From positions 217,647 through 281,646 of the forward strand of contig VENA01000016.1 in assembly GCA_009711785.1 (NCBI GenBank): DNA of 64,000 nt. Direction: 5' to 3'. Below, piece after piece: positions 18,570 to 28,645 of this stretch. Made by a program: the position numbers and the translations under genes. Below the pieces are notes generated by a model that searched no databases, had not been told where the DNA came from, and saw only the letters and a program-made list of their open reading frames with translations. The stretch comes from Bacillota bacterium. Its GTDB lineage: Bacteria; Bacillota; Clostridia; Tissierellales; MES13. Within the stretch, counting starts at the first letter, position 1. Every line of letters begins with the position of its first letter.

Positions 18570-19017
18570 TTTCCACGCACCTTTCTATACTTTTTTTCAT
18601 TACTAATAAGTTGTATTTGCTTCGTAAACAAATATAGACATTTCTATAACCATACCATTTTTATCCTATAGAACATTTATCTAATGTTCTACATCTACAC
18701 TATTAAATCCTTTAAATATATGTATATTCATTAATATTACAACAATTCAATCAAACATTTTTTTCTGTGAATATATATACTCTACTTACGCCCCATAGTT
18801 CTCGATCAATGACTTCACCATACCCTTATATTTTGATCTATTAACCCCATGCCCAAACTACTAAGTTTTGAAACCCCAACCTATACATCTAAAATTACAT
18901 AGACTACTCATTAATAAAACCCCTAAAGCCTTTGCTTCTGATATACCTCTACCATGTTTCATATGGAGTTTTAATTAAACATTATTCATCTAAATGATAC
19001 AAATTCAAAGATATCTT

Positions 19018-19194
19018 CTACTTTAAAGCTTCAAAAGGTATAAATCTTACCCCCATAAAATATCTGATATTTTTTACGACTGTCCGATACCTATTCTTCT
19101 CCTTTTCATCTTTAAGTAAATCTACCTCACTTATATTTCTTGACATGATCTTTAATATTGAATCATAGGACTTTTCCTTTGCCTTTCTGGACAT
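19018..19194 (-). CDS. Small hypothetical ORF (58 aa from ATG 19194); a decayed homologous copy lies at 27150-27263
   Basis: A GAGGTGAT SD sequence lies 4 nt upstream of ATG 19194 (MSRKAKEKSYDSILKIMSRNISEVDLL...). I recognise no family. Confidence 0.35.
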   Translation of the reverse strand: MSRKAKEKSYDSILKIMSRNISEVDLLKDEKEKNRYRTVVKNIRYFMGVRFIPFEALK

Positions 19195-19198
19195 AAAA

Positions 19199-19238
19199 AT
19201 CACCTCAATCATAGTTTATTCCTATGAATTGAGGTGAT
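19199..19238 (-). promoter_or_regulatory. Hairpin that sequesters the SD sequence of the small ORF
   Basis: ATCACCTCAAT (19199-19209) and ATTGAGGTGAT (19228-19238) form an 11-bp perfect inverted repeat. In the minus-strand RNA the downstream arm contains the GAGGTGA SD sequence. Confidence 0.4.
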
Positions 19239-19274
19239 ATAGATATATGGTTAGTATGTGTCCCTATTATTATT

Positions 19275-20531
19275 CTATTTATTTTCAAGGGATTCTAATA
19301 AAAACTTTTCTGCTTCTTCACACCAAACATTATTATTATTCTTACATATTTTTGCTAACTCTCTGAAAAACTCATCATTTTTACCTAATTTTTCAAAATC
19401 TTCAATAGCTGTTAATTCCATTTCTATATGAGGATAGATTAGTTTTTTTCCACCTGGAATATTAGGTAAATTTTTTATAGTTTCTGGAGCTGCATTTAAT
19501 CCCCCTATATGAGTTACCATAAATGATGGATTTATTAACCCTTTTTCAGATAATTCTATAGACTCTAACATATCTCCAGTAGATCCACCTGATGTTCCAA
19601 CTATATGAGTTCCTTCATAGTGAACATTGTAGAAATTAAACGGAACCTTAAAATTATTATCTGTTGGTCCAGCAAAGAAGTTTAAACAACCGTCATTGCC
19701 TAATATATCATCAGCATCTTCTATTAATTGCTTAACAGGTGCAAATACAAACACATCGTCATATCCCTTTTCACCTGATAATTTTCTTAACTCCCTTACT
19801 CCATCTATATCCTTAGTGTTTAAATATATTAATTCAACCCCTTTTTTCTTTGCATCTTTAACTGTTATTAATCTAGCTGCTCTATTTAGTCTTTCTTCAT
19901 CTATATCTACAACTACAACTAATTTGGGTTTTATAGGTCCATTAATAGCATATTCTATAGCTCCCAATCCCATAGGACCAGCACAACCTAGAAGTGCTAA
20001 ATTACCACCTTCTTTTATTCCCATATCGTGTTTATAGACATATTGTTTTGTATGATAGCTTGCGTGGAATGCTCCTATAATACAACTCATAGGCTCTGCT
20101 AAAGATGCATTTGCAAAGTATGTTCCATTAAGAGGAAGTACACAACCTAAGTCAATTGCTTTTTTAGAAATTATACAATATGTTGCATTTCCACCAAAGT
20201 ATTCATAACTATATCCTGCTGAATAACCTGATTTAAGTCCCATAGCTGGTTGAAGTACAAATTTTTGACCTTCTTTAAATTTATCTGTTAAATTACTTCC
20301 TACTTTTTCTATAACTCCAGCAAACTCATGTCCTGTAATAGATGGATGTTCTGAAACATTTTCAGGAACTCTTTTGTGTTCTTTTCCTCTAATTAAGGCT
20401 TTATAGGTTGATAAACAAATACTATTCGATACTACCTTTACAAGTAGTTCATCTTTGTTTATTTCTGGTAATTCAAACTCTCTTGTATATATATTATTTT
20501 TGCCTTCTAAAACCGCTGCTTTAGTTTTCAT
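19275..20531 (-). CDS. Zn-dependent medium-chain dehydrogenase, long (418 aa) SorE / sugar-phosphate reductase-like
   Basis: GHEFAGVIEKVG zinc motif and a GCAGPMGLGA Rossmann motif. It is the last gene of the PTS operon. Confidence 0.6.
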   Translation of the reverse strand: MKTKAAVLEGKNNIYTREFELPEINKDELLVKVVSNSICLSTYKALIRGKEHKRVPENVSEHPSITGHEFAGVIEKVGSNLTDKFKEGQKFVLQPAMGLKSGYSAGYSYEYFGGNATYCIISKKAIDLGCVLPLNGTYFANASLAEPMSCIIGAFHASYHTKQYVYKHDMGIKEGGNLALLGCAGPMGLGAIEYAINGPIKPKLVVVVDIDEERLNRAARLITVKDAKKKGVELIYLNTKDIDGVRELRKLSGEKGYDDVFVFAPVKQLIEDADDILGNDGCLNFFAGPTDNNFKVPFNFYNVHYEGTHIVGTSGGSTGDMLESIELSEKGLINPSFMVTHIGGLNAAPETIKNLPNIPGGKKLIYPHIEMELTAIEDFEKLGKNDEFFRELAKICKNNNNVWCEEAEKFLLESLENK

Positions 20532-20549
20532 TAGTAAACATCTCCCTTT

Positions 20550-21965
20550 TTAGGCCTTTTGTTTTTTTTCTAATAATTCTTCTAGTAATTTTTCTATATT
20601 TTTATCTTTCATAAAGTTTTCTATAGTAATTATTCTCTTGTTTGGCCATGCACGACTTGTTCTATCTAATAAGCTTTTATGAGTTATTATTATATCTGCC
20701 TCTTCTGGTACTTTTTCAATAGCAAAGTTTTTAACTTTTATTGAAAGACCTTCTTTTTCTACTCTTTTTCTAAATGCACTAGCCCCCATTGCACTACTTC
20801 CAAGACCTGCATCACAAGCAAATGCCACAAAGTTTATTGGAGAATTACTAACTTCATTTTGTTCTAATGCCGAGTTTAATACTCCTTTTCCTTCTTGCTT
20901 CATTTCTTTTGACTTTTTAACTGATTCTTCAAATTCTTCCTCTGTTTCTTTAGATGATTTTAATATTAGTGATGTTACTAAGAAACTCACTGCTGTAGCT
21001 ACTAATACCCCAGTTATAACTCCTATGAAATTTCCTTTTGGTGTTAATGCTAAATATGCAAATATTGATCCTGGACTTGGTCCTGCAACTAAACCTACAT
21101 TGAATAGGCTAAATGTAAATATACCTGAAGCTCCACCAAGTATCATACTTATTATTAATTTTGGTTTCATCAGTACATAAGGGAAATATATCTCATGTAT
21201 ACCACCTAAGAAGTGTATTATTATTGCTCCTGGAGCAGTTTTCTTAGATGTGCCTTTACCAAATAAAGAATATGCAAGTAATAAACCTAGACCTGGTCCT
21301 GGGTTAGAAGCAACCATAAAGTAAATCGATTTCCCGGCTTCTAAAGTATTTTGCATTCCTAGTGGATAATAAATACCTTGGTCAATTACATTGTTTAAAA
21401 ATAATACCTTTGCTGGTTCATTAATAACTGATAAAAGTGGTAAGTAACCTGTTTTTACTAACCCTTCAATAACTACAGTTATTGCTTTGTTTGCTTGAAG
21501 TATTACTGGACCTATTAATGAATAAGAAAATAGACAAAGTAATAATCCAATTATACCTAGTGAAAAGTTGTTTATAACCATTTCAAATCCGGTTGGTATT
21601 CTATCTTCAATCATTTCATCAAATTTCTTTACTATATATGCACTAAGTGGCCCCATAATCATAGCCCCTAGAAACATTGGTATATCTGCACCTACTATTA
21701 ATCCAAATGTACCAATAGCTCCTGCTACTCCACCTCTTTCACTTGCTACAAGTTTACCACCTGTATAAGCTAGTAATAGTGGAAGTAAGTAACTTATCAT
21801 AGGTCCAACTAACTTACTAAAGTTCTCATTAGGAACCCATCCTGTTGATATAAATAGTGCTGTTATAAAACCCCATGCAATAAATGCACCCATATTTGGA
21901 ATAACCATTCCTGTTAAAAATCCTCCAAAGGCTTGAACCTTTGATCTCATGTTTTTCTTTTCCAT
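20550..21965 (-). CDS. PTS mannitol-family transporter subunit IICB
   Basis: 471 aa. Multi-TM IIC domain plus a C-terminal IIB domain with FACDAGLGSSAMGAS (phospho-Cys motif). Confidence 0.85.
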   Translation of the reverse strand: MEKKNMRSKVQAFGGFLTGMVIPNMGAFIAWGFITALFISTGWVPNENFSKLVGPMISYLLPLLLAYTGGKLVASERGGVAGAIGTFGLIVGADIPMFLGAMIMGPLSAYIVKKFDEMIEDRIPTGFEMVINNFSLGIIGLLLCLFSYSLIGPVILQANKAITVVIEGLVKTGYLPLLSVINEPAKVLFLNNVIDQGIYYPLGMQNTLEAGKSIYFMVASNPGPGLGLLLAYSLFGKGTSKKTAPGAIIIHFLGGIHEIYFPYVLMKPKLIISMILGGASGIFTFSLFNVGLVAGPSPGSIFAYLALTPKGNFIGVITGVLVATAVSFLVTSLILKSSKETEEEFEESVKKSKEMKQEGKGVLNSALEQNEVSNSPINFVAFACDAGLGSSAMGASAFRKRVEKEGLSIKVKNFAIEKVPEEADIIITHKSLLDRTSRAWPNKRIITIENFMKDKNIEKLLEELLEKKQKA

Positions 21966-21970
21966 TTAAA

Positions 21971-22729
21971 TTACCCCCTTATAATATACTTTCCATTGTT
22001 TAATAATTTCAGCTCTAAATCTGCATCTAGACTATTAGATAGTACTCTTTTTACATTTTTACTATCGCTTTTTTCATAAAACTTAGTTGCATCTTCCTTT
22101 GATAAACCGCCTTGTATTTTTCTATTTATCAACCTATCTTTTACCATATGTTGATCTACTTTTATAAAAATACTATAATCACAATAGTCTTTTAAATCCC
22201 TCCATCCATCTTCATTTAATAAAAGCCAATTACCTTCAATTAATACTATATCTTTAGTAACTAATATTTGATCTTCTACTACATCATGTAAGCTTCTATC
22301 GTATATTGGCCACTTAACATTTTCAGTTTTTAAAGTTATTATCTTTGATTTTAATTTATCTAAATCAAAGGTCTCTGGACATCCTTTGACTTCTACCATA
22401 GGGACTTTAACTCCATTTACTACTGCTTTATTTTTTTTAATATATTCTTGATGATAGTGAAATCCATCAAGTCCGATTGCTTGGATTTCTTGAACTTCTT
22501 CACTTTCTTTTGAAAGATATTCTAAAAATGAAGATAATGTGCTTTTGCCAACTCCAGGTGATGCTGCTAAATAAACTAAAAGTCTCTTAGTTTTATTCTT
22601 TTTCATATCTGTTAATTTTTCAAGTAAAGGCATAAAGATATTTTGTATATCCTCTTCATAATAACTTGCATTTACTTCAAGTGAGTTAACTGAAAAATTG
22701 TATGATTTCATTTCATCTAGCATATGCAT
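21971..22729 (-). CDS. P-loop nucleoside/sugar kinase-like protein (uridine kinase/PRK fold, YggC/FrcK-like)
   Basis: 252 aa. Walker A SPGVGKST and a KGCPETFD motif. It overlaps the IIA gene by 13 nt. Confidence 0.55.
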   Translation of the reverse strand: MHMLDEMKSYNFSVNSLEVNASYYEEDIQNIFMPLLEKLTDMKKNKTKRLLVYLAASPGVGKSTLSSFLEYLSKESEEVQEIQAIGLDGFHYHQEYIKKNKAVVNGVKVPMVEVKGCPETFDLDKLKSKIITLKTENVKWPIYDRSLHDVVEDQILVTKDIVLIEGNWLLLNEDGWRDLKDYCDYSIFIKVDQHMVKDRLINRKIQGGLSKEDATKFYEKSDSKNVKRVLSNSLDADLELKLLNNGKYIIRG

Positions 22730-23145
22730 GCTAATACCTCTTCTTTAGATTTTGCAGAAGATAGTTTTTCCATTGCATCATCTTCCATAAGTAAATTAGT
22801 TAACTCAGATATTAGTTGTAAATGCATGTTGGAATCGTTTGCCGCTAGTACAAAAAGTAACTCTACATCTTTATCTTCTGGAAATTTTACACTTTCTTTC
22901 AACTTTAAAAGTGACATTCCTGTTTTTAATACCCCATCTTCAGGTCTTGAGTGTGGTATAGCAAGTCCTGGCATAATAACTACATATGGACCATTTTTAA
23001 CTACATTTTCTACCATAGCATCAATGTATTCTTCTTTTATAAATCCGCCTTCTTTTAAGGGCGTAGCTGCTATTTTTATTGCTTCTTCCCAATTTGATAC
23101 CTCATTTACCACATTGATGTTGTTTTCTAACATTTTTTTTAACAT
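22717..23145 (-). CDS. PTS EIIA component (mannitol/fructose/Ntr type)
   Basis: 142 aa with a GLAIPHSRPE active-site His context. Confidence 0.8.
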   Translation of the reverse strand: MLKKMLENNINVVNEVSNWEEAIKIAATPLKEGGFIKEEYIDAMVENVVKNGPYVVIMPGLAIPHSRPEDGVLKTGMSLLKLKESVKFPEDKDVELLFVLAANDSNMHLQLISELTNLLMEDDAMEKLSSAKSKEEVLACIC

Positions 23146-23163
23146 TATATATATCTCCTTTAC

Positions 23164-25194
23164 TTATAAGTTTTCTATCTTTTCTGCAAGATATTTCTTT
23201 AATATTGTTTCAATATAGTTTTTTATAGATTGTTTTTCTTCATTTTTTACATATTCTAAAAATAACTCATCTTCAAATAAAGCACTACTTATACTTGAAA
23301 TTGCAAGTACCTCTCTTGGGTCATCCTCAGGTATTAACATAACTACAACTACCTTTGATTTTGAGAAATATTTGTCTTTAAAGTAACTTGACTGAGGTTT
23401 TATTATTATGAATTTTGATTCAGCTACTCCTTTTGTCTTTGCATGTAGTAATACAAATTCAAACTCTGGTATAACTTGAGTAGATAATTCTTCCCTTTTC
23501 TTTAAATCATTATATATATGAAGTTTACTCTTTTCATCTTCTCCGATTACTCCACTTACAAAGGTTATGACTTTATCAAATTTAATATGTGAATCCACAG
23601 TATATGAATTGAAGTTTTTAAGAATAGAACTTATTTCCTTACTTATTAAAGTTATTTCATCTATCTTAGTAAATGTATCTGGTTTGTAAACATTTATATC
23701 TAACTTTTTATCTTTTAATACTTCTTCTATTTTATTTGAAATTAACAAAATATCTTCTTCTGTAAGCATTGGATTTACTTTAATATATTTGTATTTAGAG
23801 TTTTTTAAATCAAAGGTAGATATTAATATTTCAACATCTTGTATCTTCTCAGATGATAAATCACTAAGTGAAAGAGTCTTCACCCTTACTTTTTCATGGA
23901 AAATATGAGATACTCTTGAAGATAGTAAAGCAGATATCCCTACTCCACTAGAACAAATAACGCCTACATCTACTTTCCTAGTATATCTATATTTTCTTTT
24001 TAGCTTTACCTCAGCTCCCCCAAAATGTATAGCAAGAAAACCTACTTCTTGCTGAGGAACTTTAAGGTTAAATCTATCTTCTATTACCTTTGCAACTTTT
24101 TGAGCTTTTTCGTATACCTTTGGATACAAGCTTTTTATCTCTTTCTGAAATCCATTTCGAATTTCAATTCCATGTTGCAAACGTAAAATTGTCGGTCTTA
24201 AATGAGTTATTAGTCCTTTTATAAAATCTGTATCTTGTTTAAGTTGATAAGCTATAGTACTATCATATTGATGAATCATTTCATATATCATGTGTCTAAG
24301 GTCAAGGTCTGTTTCAAATATATCTTCATTTTCATTCACATGTTGTGGTTTAGATCCTTTCATATATATATATAAATCTATTATTTCTGTAGTGTTATAC
24401 TCTATGGAGAACTGTTCACTTAGCAATGAAACTAACTGTATTACAAATTCATAATCTTTCATACTTTTTATATCTAAGTTTATATTTCTTTCTTTCGTAT
24501 TTTTCTTTCCTAGTAATATTCTCTTTGTCATTATAGATATATATATTATTAATTCTATATAAGAACTTTTAGCAATCTTTTTTACTCTATTATTTTTTAC
24601 CTTTTTTATTGATGCAATAACCTTATTGACAACGCTTGGTTCTATTAAATCGCATAGTTTATTAAGTGGGTCATTTGTATCTTGGTATACATATTTCATA
24701 CACGCTTTTCTATAATCTTCTTCTTTGTAATTTAGAAAAATTCCAAGTCCAGGCTTTCTAATTAAAGTTATATTGTTCTTTAAAAACCACTTTTCTATAA
24801 TATTTAAATCATTAATAATAGTTCCATCGCTAACTTTTAATAAACTTGAATAATAATATGTCTTTTGTGGTTCTTCTTGTTTTAATAATTCTAAAATAAG
24901 TCGATTATAGCGTTCTTCTTTATTATGAGGATCACTATATTCTAGTCTATTTAATTCATCTAATAGTTTATTTTTATCAGTTTCACTTCCCTTAATACTA
25001 ATCCCCATTTTAGGTTTTGTTTCTAATTTAAGATTAAATTCCTTTAAGTGTTCATCTGCATTTTTCAACTCTCTAAATACAGTTCGTTTACTTATTTGCA
25101 TATTTTCAGCGAGAATTCGAGAGGAAATAGGTTTGTCTGAACTAAGTAAAAGAAACAATATTTGAATTAATCTTGCTGAACACTTCATAATCAT
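23164..25194 (-). CDS. PRD-domain transcriptional regulator (MtlR/BglG family) with C-terminal EIIB-like and EIIA-like domains
   Basis: 676 aa with an N-terminal HTH (ISKRTVFRELKNA). The length and order are typical of MtlR-type activators. It is the first gene of the PTS operon. Confidence 0.75.
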   Translation of the reverse strand: MIMKCSARLIQILFLLLSSDKPISSRILAENMQISKRTVFRELKNADEHLKEFNLKLETKPKMGISIKGSETDKNKLLDELNRLEYSDPHNKEERYNRLILELLKQEEPQKTYYYSSLLKVSDGTIINDLNIIEKWFLKNNITLIRKPGLGIFLNYKEEDYRKACMKYVYQDTNDPLNKLCDLIEPSVVNKVIASIKKVKNNRVKKIAKSSYIELIIYISIMTKRILLGKKNTKERNINLDIKSMKDYEFVIQLVSLLSEQFSIEYNTTEIIDLYIYMKGSKPQHVNENEDIFETDLDLRHMIYEMIHQYDSTIAYQLKQDTDFIKGLITHLRPTILRLQHGIEIRNGFQKEIKSLYPKVYEKAQKVAKVIEDRFNLKVPQQEVGFLAIHFGGAEVKLKRKYRYTRKVDVGVICSSGVGISALLSSRVSHIFHEKVRVKTLSLSDLSSEKIQDVEILISTFDLKNSKYKYIKVNPMLTEEDILLISNKIEEVLKDKKLDINVYKPDTFTKIDEITLISKEISSILKNFNSYTVDSHIKFDKVITFVSGVIGEDEKSKLHIYNDLKKREELSTQVIPEFEFVLLHAKTKGVAESKFIIIKPQSSYFKDKYFSKSKVVVVMLIPEDDPREVLAISSISSALFEDELFLEYVKNEEKQSIKNYIETILKKYLAEKIENL

Positions 25195-25739
25195 CTCCCA
25201 CCTCTTCTTTTTGAGTTTTGTAAAAAGTTTTTGCTAAAAATCTTAATAAAACCTTTATTTTTACTTATTTATACATAAAATATTTGCCCCCTAAAATTAG
25301 GTATGATTTTATTTTCTAAGTAAAGTTAAAAAACTAAAGAAAGGTGGCAAAACTTTGAAATAATTAATAAACTAATTTAGGTCATTAATCTTCAATACAA
25401 CATCATCATATAGTTAATCACCATTTAAATAGGTGAAAATGTTTATTATAAACCTAAAGATAAATCTCCAGTTAATAAACCTTTACATAAATAAATGGAC
25501 ATTGATAAAAAGCAGTCTAATTATTGAAAAATTCAGTTAATTTTTTTTAAACTTTTAAAGTTTTTTTATTGATAATCTCTCATCACTTATTTATGCCATA
25601 TTATTACAGCGCCGTTGCTTTCTTAGGACTTTTTACATTACCTCTTAGTTAAAATTATATGATATTTAATTCTTTTTTCAATTTAAAGATAATCATTATT
25701 GTCATCGTTGAATATTGACAATTTTGTATAGGCAAGGTT

Positions 25740-26960
25740 TTAAAATATAAATTGACTTGGTATACCCTTATTATAAGTAATATCTATTTCTCCTTGAATA
25801 AGGGGAAAAAGATAATTTAACAAGTCATCCTTAATATAATTTTCAGTTATCCACTCTCTTGGGACCTTTCTTTCCTTGTTCGCTACTTTTTCTATAGGTA
25901 CCGATGTATACTCTACTTTGTAATCATTGTCATTTACTCTTTTTAGGGATGCCATTTGACCGGTATTTCCTTCTAGTGCCATTTGAATAGCTTTCATTCC
26001 AATCATTGAAGATTCTTTAATATCCGTTGCACTTGCAATATGCATAGAACATCTTTGCATAAGATTCAGTTCTATTGACCTCACCTTACAACCTATTTCT
26101 TTTTCTACTAATTGTTCTAGGTATTTTCCAGCTCCTGCAACATATACATGTCCAAATACATCAGATATCTTATTAGTTTCATTTTTAAAAGATAAGTACT
26201 TTTCATCTTTAGTTTTTAATCCTTCGCTTATTGCAATTATTATACTTTTTTTTGTCTTTAGTTTTTCTTTAACATCTTTTATAAATTTATTTTCATCAAA
26301 TACGTTTTCACATAAATAAATTAAACTAGGACCATTATTTCCGTTAATCCTCGAAAGTGCTGATGCCGCTGTTAACCAACCTGCATTTCTACCCATTACC
26401 TCAACTATTGTTACACTATTTGATTCATATACTGAGATATCTCTTTCAAGTTCAGCAAATGTAGTTGCAATGTATTTTGCAGCTGAGCCAAAGCCAGGGG
26501 TATGGTCTATTTCTTTTAAGTCATTGTCTATTGTTTTAGGTGCTCCTATTATTTTTATAGTATTTATGTTGTTTTTCTTACAATACTGATTCAATTTCAT
26601 AACTGTGTCCATTGAATCATTTCCACCAATATATATAAAGTACGAAATATCGTATTTTGTAAATACATCTATAATCTTTTTATAATCGTTATGACTATTA
26701 TTGATATTCTTCAGTTTGTATCTGCAAGATCCAAGAGCAGCTCCTGGCGTAAATGATAGTTTGTTAAGATTATTAATATTCTTTTTTAATTCATTTAGCT
26801 CTATAAGTTTTTCGTTAAGAACTCCTTTTATACCGTTTTTTGCACCGTATATATTATCTACTTTATCGCTAATGCTTGCTAGCTTTAATATTCCTGATAG
26901 TGTCGCATTAATTGCAGAAGTTGGACCTCCTGATTGAGCTATAAGTAAATTATTCTTCAT
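25740..26960 (-). CDS. pfp: Long-type phosphofructokinase, PPi-dependent type by diagnostic residues
   Basis: 406 aa. It has GGNDS (Asp where ATP-PFKs have the second Gly of GGDGS) and PKTIDND (Lys where ATP-PFKs have Gly in PGTIDND). Confidence 0.7.
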   Translation of the reverse strand: MKNNLLIAQSGGPTSAINATLSGILKLASISDKVDNIYGAKNGIKGVLNEKLIELNELKKNINNLNKLSFTPGAALGSCRYKLKNINNSHNDYKKIIDVFTKYDISYFIYIGGNDSMDTVMKLNQYCKKNNINTIKIIGAPKTIDNDLKEIDHTPGFGSAAKYIATTFAELERDISVYESNSVTIVEVMGRNAGWLTAASALSRINGNNGPSLIYLCENVFDENKFIKDVKEKLKTKKSIIIAISEGLKTKDEKYLSFKNETNKISDVFGHVYVAGAGKYLEQLVEKEIGCKVRSIELNLMQRCSMHIASATDIKESSMIGMKAIQMALEGNTGQMASLKRVNDNDYKVEYTSVPIEKVANKERKVPREWITENYIKDDLLNYLFPLIQGEIDITYNKGIPSQFIF

Positions 26961-27149
26961 AATCGTGCAATCACTCCTTCTTGTATCTTATAAGTTAATC
27001 TTATTATAAGATTTGGTGATGATTCAACTTAAAGAACCTTAAATTTGTCATCTTTGTTTAATGACAAACTTTTTTATCTTAATGCCTAACTATCAAACAA
27101 TAAGTGTAGATTTTAAAATCATAAAGGGTTAGATATTTTTGTATGATTG

Positions 27150-27263
27150 TCAGATCCTTTTTCTTGTACTCCTCGTATTTAATAAATCTATCTCATTTAT
27201 ACTTCTTGGCATAATGTGTAACAAGGCATAATTGGACTTTTCCCTTGCCTTTTCACCTTGACC
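27150..27263 (-). pseudogene. Degenerate copy of the small ORF at 19018-19194, without a start codon
   Basis: The minus-strand frame reads GQGEKAREKSNYALLHIMPRSINEIDLLNTRS..., against SRKAKEKSYDSILKIMSRNISEVDLLKDEK. There is about 70% nucleotide similarity over about 85 nt by eye. Confidence 0.35.
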
Positions 27264-27463
27264 CTAATTATGTGATTAATCGATTGTTAGATAAATAATT
27301 AATCATTAACTGTCAAGCAAACTCACTTTTAACATCTAAATTTATTCATGAGTTCTTAACTCGCTATCTTATTTCAACTGGCCAACATATCACTATTATC
27401 GTTATATGGCAGTTTATTTCAATCTAAAATTTCTAAAAAAAGGCAAATTATATTATCCTAATT

Positions 27464-27524
27464 AAATAATGCAGATTAAATAATCTGACTAAGTACACAT
27501 AAGATTATTTAATCTGCATTATTT
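27464..27524. repeat. Perfect 23-bp inverted repeat with a 15-nt spacer
   Basis: AAATAATGCAGATTAAATAATCT (27464-27486) and AGATTATTTAATCTGCATTATTT (27502-27524), in the intergenic region upstream of the rdhA-like cluster's 3' end. Confidence 0.8.
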
Positions 27525-27624
27525 GTATAAAGTAAGACAAGAAAATTAAGTATTTACATATTTCATTACTTAATCCTTTCTAGCTAAAAAAGCCATTTAA
27601 TCTAAAAGGTATAGCTTCCTTGGT

Positions 27625-28548
27625 TTACCACTTTTTAATAGTTTTTTTGATTTTTTCATAATTCCCTTTAAAGAACGTACATTCTTTTATACACACAGTG
27701 CATCCATTGTTTCGTGAGAAAGGAACAGCACATTTTTTATAATCAATGCATTGCTTCGAACCATCTTCAAATATTACAGTATCTTTATATATGGCACCCC
27801 CTGGGCATTTCTTTACGCATTGGTTGCAGATTTTGCAGAAATCATTTATCCAAAGATGTTTATTATCATTTTCTATCGGTAGATTCTCAATATCAGTATA
27901 GACTGCGGCTAGTCTTAATGATGGACCTAGTTTTGGTATAATTAACATGCCATGTTTACCAATAACACCTATACCTGCCTTTTGTGCTAAAAGTGGATAA
28001 TTGACCTCCCCCCCAAGTGAAGGTCCAGCCTCAGCATTATAGCCCCTATCATTTAGGAAATCTTTTATTCGATTAACCATAATACACAATTCATAATAGG
28101 TTCTAAAGATTTCCTTCTCCGCACTTTTTGATGGTGCTGTTTTTATTATATCAGGTTCCATTTCCATAGCTAAAACTATAGCATTTGGATATATAATCGA
28201 CTTATTATTAAATATATACGATGGGTCTACCACTGTAAATCCAATGTCACTAGCACCCAATTCTATTGCAAGTGATTTCATATCTCCTAAGTCTTTTGAG
28301 GTTATTTTCTTAGATGGGTTCCTTGGTTGTTTGTACAACTCTCTGTATGTTTTTTTCATTTCTTTCAATGAGCCAAACATATATTTGTATAAATTTGGTA
28401 ATGATTTGGCTTTGGTTTTGATACTACCATAGTCAAAAACTATTTGAGGTACATTAAGCCCTTTATGAGCATTTTCACTTGGTTTAATATAAGGCTTTCT
28501 TTTATCAATATACTTATTAATGTTAGGCATTATTTTTTTTATGTTCAA
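27625..28548 (-). CDS. Reductive dehalogenase / epoxyqueuosine reductase (QueG)-superfamily Fe-S protein, paralogue 1
   Basis: 307 aa. GIGVIGKHGMLIIPKLGPSLRLAAVYTD, then CKICNQCVKKCP and CTVCIKEC cluster motifs. No Tat signal seen. Confidence 0.6.
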   Translation of the reverse strand: MNIKKIMPNINKYIDKRKPYIKPSENAHKGLNVPQIVFDYGSIKTKAKSLPNLYKYMFGSLKEMKKTYRELYKQPRNPSKKITSKDLGDMKSLAIELGASDIGFTVVDPSYIFNNKSIIYPNAIVLAMEMEPDIIKTAPSKSAEKEIFRTYYELCIMVNRIKDFLNDRGYNAEAGPSLGGEVNYPLLAQKAGIGVIGKHGMLIIPKLGPSLRLAAVYTDIENLPIENDNKHLWINDFCKICNQCVKKCPGGAIYKDTVIFEDGSKQCIDYKKCAVPFSRNNGCTVCIKECTFFKGNYEKIKKTIKKW

Positions 28549-28645
28549 TTTATCCCCTTCTTTCTATCGGTGTTTCCATTAATATCAATCATAGAAATAC
28601 TATTTTATTGTTAAATCACAATAATCTATTTGTCCTTGGTCATTG

